Shown piece by piece: positions 1 through 11,586 of a stretch of DNA of 64,000 nucleotides. The position numbers and the translations under genes are program-made. Position 1 is the first letter of the stretch; each line of letters begins with the position of its first letter. This DNA is from Schmidtea polychroa (Eukaryota), in assembly GCA_044892525.1 (NCBI GenBank), contig JBJFYX010000150.1, forward strand, positions 62,001 through 126,000. Reading direction: 5' to 3'. The notes beneath the pieces are model-generated. The model saw only the letters and a list, made by a program, of their open reading frames with translations. It did not search any database and was not told the origin of the DNA.

Positions 1-42
1 GCGTAATAATACTTTTCTACAGTCATCGATGGGATCTCTTTC

Positions 43-1659
43 CTATTTCGATGCTTCTCTAACCTTTATTGGTTCATGACCACACTCACCTCGCATGGAT
101 GATGTGGTTATAAGGACTTCCGGTTCACTGACCGAAGCCCATCTTTTTTCCAAAACTTCTGTTGGAACAATTACTTTAGCTGCTGGATCCATGTCCACAG
201 CCTTACGATTTTTAACTGGTGAAACCGGTAAACCTTCTATTTCTCTGTAGGCTTCTGGCTCCATGGCCACAGCCACTAGATTTTTCCTGGGTGAAACCTG
301 TAAACCCTCACAGACCTCTGGTTCTATGACCATAGTCTTTTCCTCTTTGTCCTCTCTTGGACTCTCTTGAAGCATCAATACTTCAAGTTCTACATAATTA
401 TTTTTATTTCGCCTCTTTTTGGCTGGCGTCATATAAACACCTTCATTCTCATCGTACCCATCGGTTTCATTTGTTGTTAACCTCGCTAACCTGTTTCTCT
501 CTTCTTGAATTTCTAATTCAAGCTGCTGCAAATACGTTAATTTATGATCTGAATTCACTGCAAACGTTGTCTGCTTCGCTCGATTATTACCATTGTTACT
601 ACTACCATTGTTATTAGATAACTCATTTTGTGGACAAGTACGCATAATATGACCAAATTTTCCACACTTATGACATTTAATTTTACCCCCCGAATTTACT
701 TCATCCCTTTTAATATTATTATTAAAATTATTATTTCTACTCTGAAAGTTATTGTTATTATTATTACCACGAAAATTCCTATCGGGGCTTCTATTTCTAC
801 TATCATTATTCGAATTATTCCCCCCAAAACTAGCTTTACAAACTGACGCTACATGTCCCTTGCGCTTGCATTTCTCACAATTTAGGTCCAAAATTCTACA
901 GTTTGATGCCACATGATTATTTCTCCCACACTTGGTACATAATTTGTCCCCTGGAGAATTATTCCTACTTTTACAATCCTTTGACATATGTCCCTTTTTA
1001 TGACAATTGAAACACTCAATATCTGACTTATTGATACTAATTGCAAAATTATTTGACTTTTCAATGCTACTTTCAATTAAACACGCTTTGCGAGTTAATT
1101 CCTCTAAATTATCTCCTATATGTAAACTGAGTGCATTTCTCATTGCTGACGATAACCCTGATCAAAACTGATCTTTCACCAATGCTCTAGTTGCATCATT
1201 CCAGGCTGCCCTATTGCCAAATGCTCTCTCTGCCAACATCATTATTTGATATGAAAGTTCCCCAACATGCTCACCCGAATTTTGTCGCCTGTTATAAAAC
1301 TGTTGTCTCAGCACTCTAATTGCATCCCCCGGTAATATTCTGTTTTGTAACGCTAATCGCAATACATTCCATTCGACTGGATGCTCGGCTATTATAACAT
1401 CGCTATATATCTCCCGCGCCATCCCTTTTAAATATAAGGGTAATCTCAAAATCATTACCGGTTCCGGGAATCCTAATGCTCTGGCTAACTGAAAATATTC
1501 GGACATAAATTCTGGAAACTCCCCTGGGTTTCCACTAAATGGTTTAATCGGAATTGTTGGGTATCTCATAAAATCTACCGCTGGTGGTTGAGCTACTGGC
1601 ACATTATTATTTTGTAAATTATTCTCATTTAAATTTTGTAGATTATTTATCTCTGCCAT
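43..1659 (-). pseudogene. gag: Gag with four CCHC zinc knuckles, one in-frame stop
   Basis: ORFs 1162-1659 and 43-1143 share a frame, joined as DQF*SGLSSAM (TGA at 1162-1164, gag-like DQFxxGL motif). Knuckles: CFNCHKKGHMSKDC, CTKCGRNNHVASNC, CEKCKRKGHVASVC, CHKCGKFGHIMRTC. Confidence 0.88.
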
Positions 1660-1775
1660 TATTTGCTGGTTTCTATTACCTGGTCTAAAATTTATTACTC
1701 TCCTATTTCTTAACTCAATGATTGAAAAAGATGTTTGTCTTTTATAAATAAAATTCTTATTCCCCCGTAAATTAT

Positions 1776-1793
1776 ATCACGTCGGGCTCACCA
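1776..1793 (-). promoter_or_regulatory. Primer-binding site, tRNA-Trp type
   Basis: TGGTGAGCCCGACGTGAT is 17/18 complementary to the metazoan tRNA-Trp 3' end (AUCACGUCGGGGUCACCA) and lies 3 nt from the LTR CA end. Confidence 0.85.
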
Positions 1794-1796
1794 AAA

Positions 1797-2822
1797 TGTT
1801 AAGATCAAAAAACGGGGACTACAGATCTTAACACAATGACTCCAATAATTCAATTAAGATAAATAAATAAAAATAAATATAAATATGTTATATTTAATGT
1901 GGTTGTGCGTGTAAGTTTAAATCACTGAATTAAAAACAAAACTCCTTTCTCTTTTTATAAAAATGTATTTAATAATTTACAAAAGAACTTTATAATATAT
2001 GTGCAAAGAGTACAAGAAAACGGATTTATTAATCCTTACTGTTTACCACAGCCTGCAAGAAATCGATGGCTCCTGTGTAGCATAACGATCGCTATATGAC
2101 TTAAAGAGTTGGGCAAGCAAGAGGGAATGATTTTGAGGCTCCCAGGGAACACTAAAGTAATAGAACAATACTTTGCGTTCGCTATATTTTAACTATTCCA
2201 CAAGATACTAATTTATCCCTTTACCAAATAATTTTACCTTGTTCGAATAAACACTATTGTAGAATAATCTTCTTCAAAATTCTCGATCACGATATTCTTG
2301 CCTCTGGCTATTAAGTTTTTTTTTGTTTTTGTCCCTCCAAATCAATTCTCGTTTACAATTTAAAGTCAGTTTTCTTCGTATTAATTACTCCGAAATTTGA
2401 ACTGGAATGTCTGTCTGGTGCTTGATAAACTCAGTGATTCTCTAATCACTTTTCCCTGGTTCAGACTTATGTTGAATTAATTATGATCAACGCAGTGATT
2501 TTTTAATCACGTTTTCTTTTTACAATGATAATCAAATAATTTTCTAAAAAATTCTTCTCAATGTTTATCGTCCCTGGTTCTCGTTTTGAACCAGTATTTA
2601 TATTATATTTTAATTATTTATTATATTAATAGCAATTTTATAATTACTATATATAGTAATAGTATTATCAAATATTCCTATATACTACTTAATTCTATTA
2701 ATAGTAATTAATAAAACCTATCTTTTATTTTCGGTAATACTTTATTATTTTTATTTATGCTATTTCTAATTATAGTAATTTTTATTTATTTTGTCAACAA
2801 GGCTCCAGGCCTATCCCTAACA
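1797..2822 (-). repeat. 5' LTR of element A (1026 bp)
   Basis: TG...CA termini with 5-bp inverted ends TGTTA/TAACA; bounded by the PBS on one side and an (ATA)n tract on the other. Confidence 0.8.
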
Positions 2823-2848
2823 ATAATAATAATAATTATTATTATTAT
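2823..2848. repeat. Palindromic (AAT)n/(ATT)n junction between elements A and B
   Basis: ataataataataa|ttattattattat is a perfect 26-bp palindrome centred on AATT. Confidence 0.95.
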
Positions 2849-3056
2849 TAGCCACAGAGCTACGGGTATTAATAGAATCCATAACAAAAACACGTTTATT
2901 ATAAAAACACAAATATTATTAAAACAAATTATAACGTTAATTTGTTTGAGGAGTTTCTAAAAATAATAATTAATGTATAAGTAAAAATTTCAACATACAA
3001 TCAAACATGCACAACATCATACCATTATTTAAATACAAATTACAAAACGCCTCACA
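2846..3056 (-). repeat. 3' LTR of element B
   Basis: Direct repeat of 6422-6632; starts TGTGAGGCG immediately after the PPT and ends GGCTAATA. Confidence 0.95.
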
Positions 3057-3069
3057 TCCCCCTCTTTTT
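3057..3069 (-). promoter_or_regulatory. Polypurine tract
   Basis: AAAAAGAGGGGGA abutting the TG of the 3' LTR. Confidence 0.9.
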
Positions 3070-4275
3070 GAAAACCTTTAACCACTCAATATTTCTCGTG
3101 ACGGAACTTCCATTTTCCAATTTTATTTCATAACTTCGATCATGAATCTTTTTAGTAATCACACCTGGACCCATTTATCTGTTATCACCTTTATTTCGAA
3201 CATTTACTTTGATCAATACGCAATCTCCAATTTGAAATTCGCGATTTGTCGCCTGATTGATTTTTTCTTCTTCCACAATCTCTGAGAACCATTCACTATA
3301 AATCTTTTTCCCAAACACCATTTCAGCTGGAGTCTTCCTAATTGTTTTTTGAAAAGTTGAATTCAACATAAACTGAACTTCGGGAAGAATATCTACCCAT
3401 GATTTATGTCTTTTATCTTTGAGTGTTATCTGTATTGCATCTCTAATTGTACGGAATTGTCTCTCAATCTGTCCATTTGCTGAGTGATGATATGGACTTG
3501 AATAATTAATTTCAATATTGTGGAATTCTGCAAAATCTTTCATTAGCTTTGATTCAAATGATTTACCTCTGTCACAGTTTATTATCCTTGGTGCTCCAAA
3601 CTTCATTATCCACTCTTCTTTCAGTAATCTTACCACTATTTTTTCATCTTGCGATTTCACTGCATGTAAAGAAATAAACTTACTATGATGATCTATAATC
3701 CCAAGAATATATCTTTCTCCTTTCATTGCAAGTTGTAATGGACCACAAAAATCTACATAGATTGTTTCAAATAATTTCGAATCACTTTTGCAAATTATTT
3801 CTTCTTTTGTTTTAGTTGTATCAACCTTTCTTTTCTGACAGTTTTCACAGGATTGTACAACATTACGAATAGATTGCTCCAAATCTTTCATATCAAAATT
3901 GTTTGATACATACATTTTTACTTTATTAGCACCCGCGTGACAGAGCTTCTTATGATATTCTATGATGAATTCAGACTTGTTTTCTTCTGGAATCCAAATT
4001 TTATTATTATTTGTCATAATCACTCCGTTGACATATTTAAAAAATGTTTTATCTGGCATCAAACTAATATTTTCTTTTATATTTTCAATTTCTTTCGAGT
4101 TCTTTTGCCATATATTTTCAATATTATCAGTCATCAGTGTCAACAATCTTGTTTTTAATTTACCCATTTTAGGATTTTCATGAATCATTTGACATTGAAC
4201 ACATGTTTCACATTCTTTTCTAGATAAAGCGTCGGCATTATTGTGGTTATCACCCTTTCTGTATTGAATCTCCAT
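3060..4275 (-). pseudogene. pol: Integrase (end of RNase H, HHCC, DDE core, GPY/F-like tail)
   Basis: IQYRKGDNHNNADALSR, HKKLCH..CENC, YVDFCGP, CDRGKSF, ANGQIER. The TAA at 3175-3177 interrupts R*MGP and the frame continues to the PPT. Confidence 0.92.
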
Positions 4276-4294
4276 GTCCAGACCACTAAGATGG

Positions 4295-5050
4295 TTAATC
4301 CAAGTTTGAAATTGTAGCTTTCTTTGTCTTCATCATAAATGTAATTGCTTTGTGATCCGTCCTCAAAATAAACTTTTTACCATATAGATAATGCCTAAAA
4401 TGACCAGTAAAATAAAATAGAGATAGTAATTCCTTTCTTGTTATACAATAACCCAACTCGTGTTTATTCATAGCTCGGGATCCATATGCGATTACTCTTT
4501 CTTTACTTCCATCTTTTTGAGACAGAACAGCACCAATGCGGTCAAAACTTGCATCTGTATCCAAAATGAATGGCTTAGAAAAATCTGGGAACTTCAATAC
4601 AGGTGTAGACGTCAATTTCAGTTTTAAATTTTGAAATGAAGTTTCACACTCATCAGTCCACATAAGCTTCTTTTGTTTACTTCCACATAACGCTTCTAAA
4701 ACTTTGGAATCTTTGGTGTAATTTTCTATAAATCTGCGATAGTAATTTGCCAAGCCTAAAAATCCTCTCAAACTTTTTACGCATTTAGGTCTTTCAAAAT
4801 TTTTAATAGTTTCAATCTTGCTTTCATCCGTACGTATTCCATCTTCACCAATGATATGACCCAAAAATTTTACTTCTTTCCTTTTGAATTGACATTTTGC
4901 TGGACTTTTTTTAATATTTGCTAATTTAATCTTTTGAAAAACCTTTTCAATGGTACTATAATGTTCATTCAATGTCTTTGAAAATATAAGGATATCATCC
5001 AGATATTCAATTGTTCCATTCCAATTTAATTCTCCAAGAACCAAATTCAT
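4295..5050 (-). pseudogene. pol: RT C-terminal half and RNase H
   Basis: YLDDILIFS, KEVKFLGH, LRGFLGLANYYRRFI, LDTDASFDRIGAVLSQ, TDHKAI. Confidence 0.93.
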
Positions 5051-5570
5051 AAGTCTTTGAAATGTTGCTGGTGCGGCTGCTATTTGTCGAAAATGCTGTT
5101 TTCAATTTTGATGCATCATCGAGTTCTACTTGATAATAAGCATTGCCTAAATCAATTGTCGAGAAAAGCTTTGCTCCGTCAAGAATATCTAATAATTCAT
5201 CAGTATTTGGAATGGGAAAAATCGGTCTTTCGGTTATATTATTTAAAGCACGGTAGTCCAAGCATATTCTTATATCACTACTGTTTTTCTTTTTAACACA
5301 TACTAATGGAGAATTCCAAGGAGATGTACATTCTGATATAATGCCATATTTCAACATTTCTTGAATATTTTCTTCAATTTTTTCTATTAAATGTATAGGT
5401 TGTCGTCTTGGGTTTATTACAATCGGACTACCTTTAGTAAGTATTTCATGCTTTAATAGTTCGGTTTTTCCAACATCCCATTTATGTTTCATAAAAATAC
5501 CGTCAAACGTGGAAATTAAATTATTTATAATCTTATCTTCACTTATGTGGTTCTTAAATGAATTTTCCAT
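5007..5570 (-). pseudogene. pol: RT N-terminal half
   Basis: SPWNSPLVCVKKK..RICLDYRALN..FPIP..FSTIDLGNAYYQV..KTAF; different frame from both neighbouring pol segments. Confidence 0.93.
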
Positions 5571-5578
5571 AATTGTAT

Positions 5579-6139
5579 TTATTTCGTTGTACGGTTTTCT
5601 ATTTGCAATTGCATTCCAAATCTTTCGAGAAAATCTATAACTCCTATTAACTTTGGGTTTATATCTTTGGCTACAACGAATTCTACTTTTTTAATATCAG
5701 AAATTTTATCAACTTTTACATTTAATAAAGTTTTACCGCAAATTTCAATCGGGCTATCATTCGCACATCTTAATTTTAAATTACTTGTAGTCATATTCAA
5801 ATTTCCAAGTTTTTTAAAAATATTATAATCAATCACACTTATTTTAGCTCCAGTATCTAATAGGCATACTAATTTTACATTATTAATCATCACGGAAACA
5901 CTGGGCCTTCCCTGCATTTTATCGTATACTATTATATCATTCTGTTTATCACGATTAAGAACATTTATTTCATTAGAAGTTAGGGGTGGATCTTTAAAAA
6001 CTTCATCCATACAAAATTTATTAATGTATATATTAATATAATTTCTATAATCAAAAACACCATCACAACAGTTATCATTCAAACTATCACAATCATTCAA
6101 ACTATCACAATCATTCAAATTCATACAACCCTTACTCAT
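5579..6139 (-). pseudogene. pol: Retroviral-type aspartic protease
   Basis: RPSVSVMIN..LLDTGAKISVI..LIGVIDFL. Confidence 0.88.
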
Positions 6140-6170
6140 ATCATTAATTACCTTTAATTTATTGCTCCGA

Positions 6171-6422
6171 TCACCTCCTTGTGTAGTGGAGCATTCCCAT
6201 TTGGGTACTCAAAATCAGCCTCTGGATTCTCGTCACCGAATGCAGCCACTGATTTATGGAGTTTTCGACGTCTGCCTGGAAATAACTCATGGCACTGATG
6301 TTTGAAATGTCCAGATCTTTTACAATGGGCACATTGAATATTGGGGCATTCAGATCTTCCACGTCGGAATCCATGTCATATGGTTCTGGTGGCTTGATAA
6401 ACTTTGCAATCGTGGTCGCCAT
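6171..6422 (-). pseudogene. gag: Gag N-terminal remnant
   Basis: ATG overlaps the LTR end and PBS; MATTIAKFIKPPEPYD resembles a gypsy gag start; only 83 codons, no capsid C-terminus or knuckle. Confidence 0.55.
6410..6421 (-). promoter_or_regulatory. Primer-binding site, tRNA-Arg type
   Basis: TGGCGACCACGA directly after the LTR; complementary to the tRNA-Arg(TCG) 3' end UCGUGGUCGCCA. Confidence 0.75.
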
Positions 6423-6631
6423 ATTAGCCACAGAGCTACAGGTATTAATAGAATCCATAACAAAAACACGTTTATTATAAAAACACAAATATTATTAAAA
6501 CAAATTATAACGTTAATTTGTTTGAGGAGTTTCTAAAAATAATAATTAATGTATAAGTAAGGATTTCAACATACAATCAAACATGCACAACATCATACCA
6601 TTATTTAAATACAAATTACAAAACGCCTCAC

Positions 6632-6632
<1 letters not shown>
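6422..6632 (-). repeat. 5' LTR of element B
   Basis: Direct repeat of 2846-3056. Confidence 0.95.

Positions 6633-6679
<47 letters not shown>
6633..6679. repeat. (AAT)n microsatellite abutting the LTR
   Basis: About 15 perfect units starting at the LTR terminus. Confidence 0.97.
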
Positions 6680-7874
6680 TAGAATGATAATATTAAACAA
6701 TTAAATGATAATAAAAGCTTTTTAGTGCGAAGTATATATTCAATAAAATGAAAGAACTTTCAACTATAAAAATAGTCAATTTCCTGGAATTAAGCGGTTT
6801 CAATTTTCAAATGAATTTTTGATCTTCTCTTCTATTTCCTTTTCCTTTTTTATTTTTTTTGAACATAGAATAATTATAAATTGTTTACATTTTTGAGCAC
6901 TCAGTTCATTGTAAATTGATTACCATTCTATTATATAAATTAAATTATAAAATCTACTACAATAAAAAAACTATCATTAATTTTAATAAAAAATTGACTA
7001 AATCTATAAGTCTTAAAATTTAGTCAATGAAAAGAAAAAATTATTTAAAATTAATTTAATAATAAATGAGATTTATAAATTTTATTTTGTTTAAATATTC
7101 GTATTTTTGAAAGGAAATTCATCAGTAAAATATCAATTAATTGAAAGGATTTCAAAATCAGCTAGATTTTATTCATATTGTATAATTCTATATATATATA
7201 TATATATTTTCAAATCGTTTCTATTATTCTTTTTGGTTTTTTCCCCAAAATTCTCTCGAAACAAATATCTCGCCAAATCCAATTCCGGTGCTAATAATAA
7301 AGAATCATATAATTTAAAATATTAAAATAAATGAGATAAGTAAAGACAGTTGGTAACAATCCATAACAATTTACATTAGCATGACAAACATGAAATTTGA
7401 CAGAAATTAATCTGAAATCATCTTCCAAAGATTTTCCCAAAAAATTCAATTAGTCGAACGAAAAAAATTACAATTTCAACATAATGTGCTAATTTCAATG
7501 ACATTTTTCTCAATGTTGAAATACATTTTTAGCTCCCACAGATCTCCGAATCGATAAAGAAACTTTAATTCATTTGACCTTTTTGTTTGAATTAATCGTA
7601 ATAATTACATCGAAATCCCACTGTAAATGGGAATTTCATTAACAAACTATTTTCATTTTATCGTCAAGAACATTTTCCATTATTGACTAGAAATGCCCAT
7701 CAAATTGGCTTGTATAAATTGAAATTTTAAATTTGATCTATTTAATTTTTTAAATATTTTACCGTTATAAACGAGACTACTTTATTTGACCTTAATTTAT
7801 TTTACAGTGACCTCAATTAATTATTATTATCTCATTAATTTTTTATATTCAACCTACTTATTTGAACTCTAACA

Positions 7875-8559
7875 TAACGCTAAATTGACCTACTTTCAGA
7901 ATTTCTGTGATAGTCGATGGTAAAGTTAAAAATTAAAACTACTTTATCTTTAAAAATGGAAATTTGACTTATATTTGACGGGATCACACCTGAAAATATG
8001 TGCTAAATGTGTGTTATCGCTGGCCACTTTGCGCTTTGACTTTCACGCTTCACTCTAAATCAGATTAATTTTTCATCATATCACTTTTGACATCTTTTCT
8101 CGGAGCTTCCCATTACCGACTTAATTGGGTTTGAGTTTGAAACCTTCAGGTCTCCTGGCAATTTAGTTTTTTAACTACTTTCCCGAATATAATTTCCCGT
8201 TGACAAATTTAATTTTTCTCATTCCTTTTCAGTTGACTCTACCTAATTAAATAATAATATGGATTACTCGGCTTTTCTCACACTGCTCGGGTTTCCCATT
8301 AGTTTGAGCTTTCTATTAGTTAATAATATTTAATTAATTTTAGTTTTTGTATTTTTTTCTTTCTAGAGACCTCATTAACTTTATTTTTATTATATTTAAA
8401 CTCGTCTTATTGTTCGATATCCGACCATACCAGTTTCACCCGGAAAATATTCGTTTATAATTTTTTTGATTTATTTCATTAATATTTAATTAATACTTTT
8501 AATTATTATTGTGAATTTAATATTTTTATTGATTTTCACTTTGGTTTTGTGCCCCCACA
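7875..8559 (-). repeat. Partial inverted copy of the LTR family at 47031 and 49114
   Basis: Reverse complement reads TGTGGGGGCACAAAACCAAAGTGAAAATCAATAAAAATATTAAATTCAC...GAATATTTTCCGGG, matching 47051 and 49125 onwards; left boundary approximate. Confidence 0.75.
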
Positions 8560-8645
8560 GAATTCTACTTTGTGGAAATTTACTTATCGCCACAGAGTCC
8601 GGAACGGATTAATCGCGATAAACGACGGATTACTGTACTTCAAAA

Positions 8646-9385
8646 CAAGGCTGCGCAACAATATATTGTACTGACAATATATTGCAATATGTTGTTAACA
8701 ATACAATATATTGCTTGTCTGAGCAATAACAATATATTGTATTGTATGGGGCTACAATAACAATATATTGTATTGTATTGGGCTACAATAACAATATATT
8801 GTATTGTATTAGACCACAATAACAATATATTGTATTGCTTACTATTATGTTATATTATAGTCTAATGATAATTCTTTTATAAGTTAAATTGCATTTGAAA
8901 GTATTAAATTAATAGAACTAATAGAACAATGAAGCCATATTAATTCATTTAAAATAAATAATTATATACAATAAATATTTATTTATTAAAAGAAATTGAA
9001 CACAAAAAGTTTCCATCTCAATTATTGTTTTATTGAAAGTTTAATAAAATAAAAACATTATAAATTGTGTTTTACTGTATTGATCAACTTTAAATTCAAA
9101 TTATTTACAAATATTTCAATACATTATATTAAAAAAATAAGAAAATAATAAATAATATAAATTACATATTAACATAGTATTGAAAAAAATATATTATATT
9201 ATATTGTATTGAAATAAAAATATATTGCAATATATTGTATTGTAATAAAAATATATTGCAATATATTGTATTGAAATAAAAATATATTGCAATATATTGT
9301 ATTGAAATAAAAATATATTGCAATATATTGTATTGTAATAAAAATATATTGCAATATTTTAACAATATTATTGTGCACAGCCTAG
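8646..9385. mobile_element. Non-autonomous TIR element (hAT/P-like MITE) with subterminal repeats
   Basis: TIRs CAAGGCTGCGCAAC / CTAGGCTGTGCAC; 8-bp TSD CTTCAAAA (8638-8645, 9386-9393); many caatatattgtattg repeats in both arms. Confidence 0.88.
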
Positions 9386-9858
9386 CTTCAAAACATTAAG
9401 ACCTCTTTACGATTGAAAAATGGTCTCGTCATTCTGGAATTTTAAAAATTTTGTTTAAAATTGACAAATATTTTGAATATTAATGAAGAGTTTTGTATGT
9501 TTATTTTCTTTCAATTAATCACTTCTTGACAATGAAGTTTCTAAAGACGTTCTTTTCCATGCAATGAAGGATTATTATGCAGTCAGAGTAAAGGAATCTG
9601 CATTATGTCTTACCGAAGATGAAGTTAGATGGTATAAATAAATATAAGAATTATTTAGTTTATTTTTATTTATCTGTGATTCACCAAGGAACTGATATAA
9701 CATTCTTAAAATTTAAAGTAGAAACCTTTTAAGAAAAAGAATGAAACTAGATAGACCCTTTATAATACGAAAATAAGTACGAGAAAAAATTTCAAATGCA
9801 TTAAAACAAATTGAGATAATTATCTTCCTTAATGATAGATTTAAATTTTCCCAAAATG

Positions 9859-10292
9859 CAGCGCCATGCTGTAACTTTTGGGGGCCCTGTGCAGAAACTA
9901 AAAAAATTTTTTTAAAATTTGAATTTATTTTTTATTGATTGTATTTAAAAAAATAATAGCAATTATAAAGTAATTTTTCTAGCTCTTTTGCTGGCAAATT
10001 CATCAATTATATCAATTGTTCTGGCTGTTGCATTTTCAATTGACAGTATTGCTAACAATTTGAAGCAAAAAACAACTGAATTATTAGGTATATTTGTTTC
10101 AAATTAAATCGTTGCCAACTAGATTTTTTTGAAAGTTAAACGAATTTTGAATTTTCAAATTTTTTTTTCTTTCAATTCGTAGTAATTTATGGTATTGGAG
10201 AAGTTTTTCTAATGTATTTAATATTTGGGGCCCCTCAAAAATAGGGGGCCCAGTGCGATTGCACTTGTTGCACTTGCGATAGTACGGCGCTG
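9859..10292 (-). mobile_element. hAT deletion derivative
   Basis: 12-bp TIR CAGCGCCATGCT / CAGCGCCGTACT; TSD CCAAAATG (9851-9858, 10293-10300); GGGGCCC subterminal motifs; minus strand retains hATC-like LAILSIENATARTIDIIDEFASKRARK. Confidence 0.92.
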
Positions 10293-11210
10293 CCAAAATG
10301 GTTTGGGAACTTATATATTTCTACTTGATGCTTTATTGGGAACACCAATGTGAACATTTAGTTATATTTATTTTAATATAATTTTATATCAAAAACATCG
10401 ATATATTCCTGGTTTATAGTCTTGAAGCTATTTTTAATAAACAAAATGGAAACAAAAATCAGTGGTGAAATTGGAAAATAAAGTTCTTATTATATTATAA
10501 TTTTATTGGCTTTACTATAATATAATAGGTTAAATCATTTAATAAAACAATTAATACTTACATTATATAGTTTTATTTGATAAATTATAATTGGGAAATT
10601 CCAATATAAAACTTTAAACTATTTTTAAGTCTTCAATCCACGAATGATGTAATAACAGCTTGTCAAACATGCCAGTCAAAAGGTCAAGTGGTACTTTGCG
10701 TGTTTCTTCGGTTCATGTCAGAATGTTTTGGCATTTTGGATAATGTTAACGGTAAATATTTCCCTATGACTACTGGTAGGAGATGGCGGAATTTTACAGC
10801 TTCGCTTGGACTGAAGCATGAAATTTTCAGATTTTCAATTTGTTAGATATGTCGTTATCCTGATTAATGTTTAATTTAAATGATTTTCTGAAATGTTTTT
10901 TGCCATTCTAAATTTTATTATTCTTTTCTCTAATTGCACAAATTTAAATTCAATAAAACTTTTTTTTAATTTTTGAGTAAGTTTAAGTTTCAAAATCATT
11001 TAAAATAATTTTAATTTATTTAAAATTAAAAAAATGACATTAAATTATAAACATGTTTTTTACCTTAAAATAAATTATTTTTTATTTAAAAAAATTCATT
11101 AGCGAAATCTAACTTTTAAACTTATATTTAATCTTTTTAAATTTCTATAAACAATTATGGGATTAATTATATATTTCTTACACCTTATTAAACAACAATT
11201 AGCACTTATT

Positions 11211-11297
11211 CACACACTATATTACTAATCCACACACTATATTACTAATTACATTTATTTATACACACCAAATTACTAATCTACACGCTATATTTTT
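11211..11297 (-). repeat. 20-bp minisatellite (gattagtaatatagtgtgtg), inverted relative to 16160-18050
   Basis: Reverse complement aligns with 16163-16272 and 18003-18048. Confidence 0.85.
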
Positions 11298-11586
11298 AGT
11301 TTAATAAAATAAAATTTATTATCCACATGACAGAGCATCCAACTGACGAATTTACTCAAAAATACAAATTCAGTTGGAATATAAAGGTGATGACTACATA
11401 TTTAATAAAAATTTATGGAATATACGAAGTTCCAGCCTAAAAAAATATTCAAACGAGATTATATCATATACAAACATTTAGCTGCATGTTTCAATTGAAA
11501 CAAGTAAAGGATGAAAGTGGCAAGACCAAATTTTATTTTGCGTTTATTCATTCTGTCGTTTACAATAACGCAAAAAAGTTGTTAAT

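Larger units (their letters stand above)
1..2822 (-). mobile_element. Ty3/Gypsy-like LTR retrotransposon A, 5' part (5' LTR, PBS, gag); continues beyond window start
   Basis: On the minus strand: LTR TGTTAG...TTAACA (2822-1797), 3-nt spacer, tRNA-Trp-type PBS, then a gag frame with CCHC knuckles. Confidence 0.9.
2846..6632 (-). mobile_element. Ty3/Gypsy LTR retrotransposon B, two LTRs, gag largely deleted, pol frameshifted
   Basis: 211-bp direct repeats at 2846-3056 and 6422-6632 (3 mismatches seen), PBS, PPT, and pol order PR-RT-RH-IN. Confidence 0.95.

Noticed and set aside
1162-1164. Programmed readthrough or selenocysteine at the gag TGA
   Set aside because: It lies mid-capsid in a DQFxxGL motif, a single substitution from TGG or TTA explains it, and there is no readthrough context or SECIS
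1797-6632. Element B nested inside element A's LTR
   Set aside because: A's LTR is complete (TG at 2822, CA at 1797); the elements are adjacent, not nested
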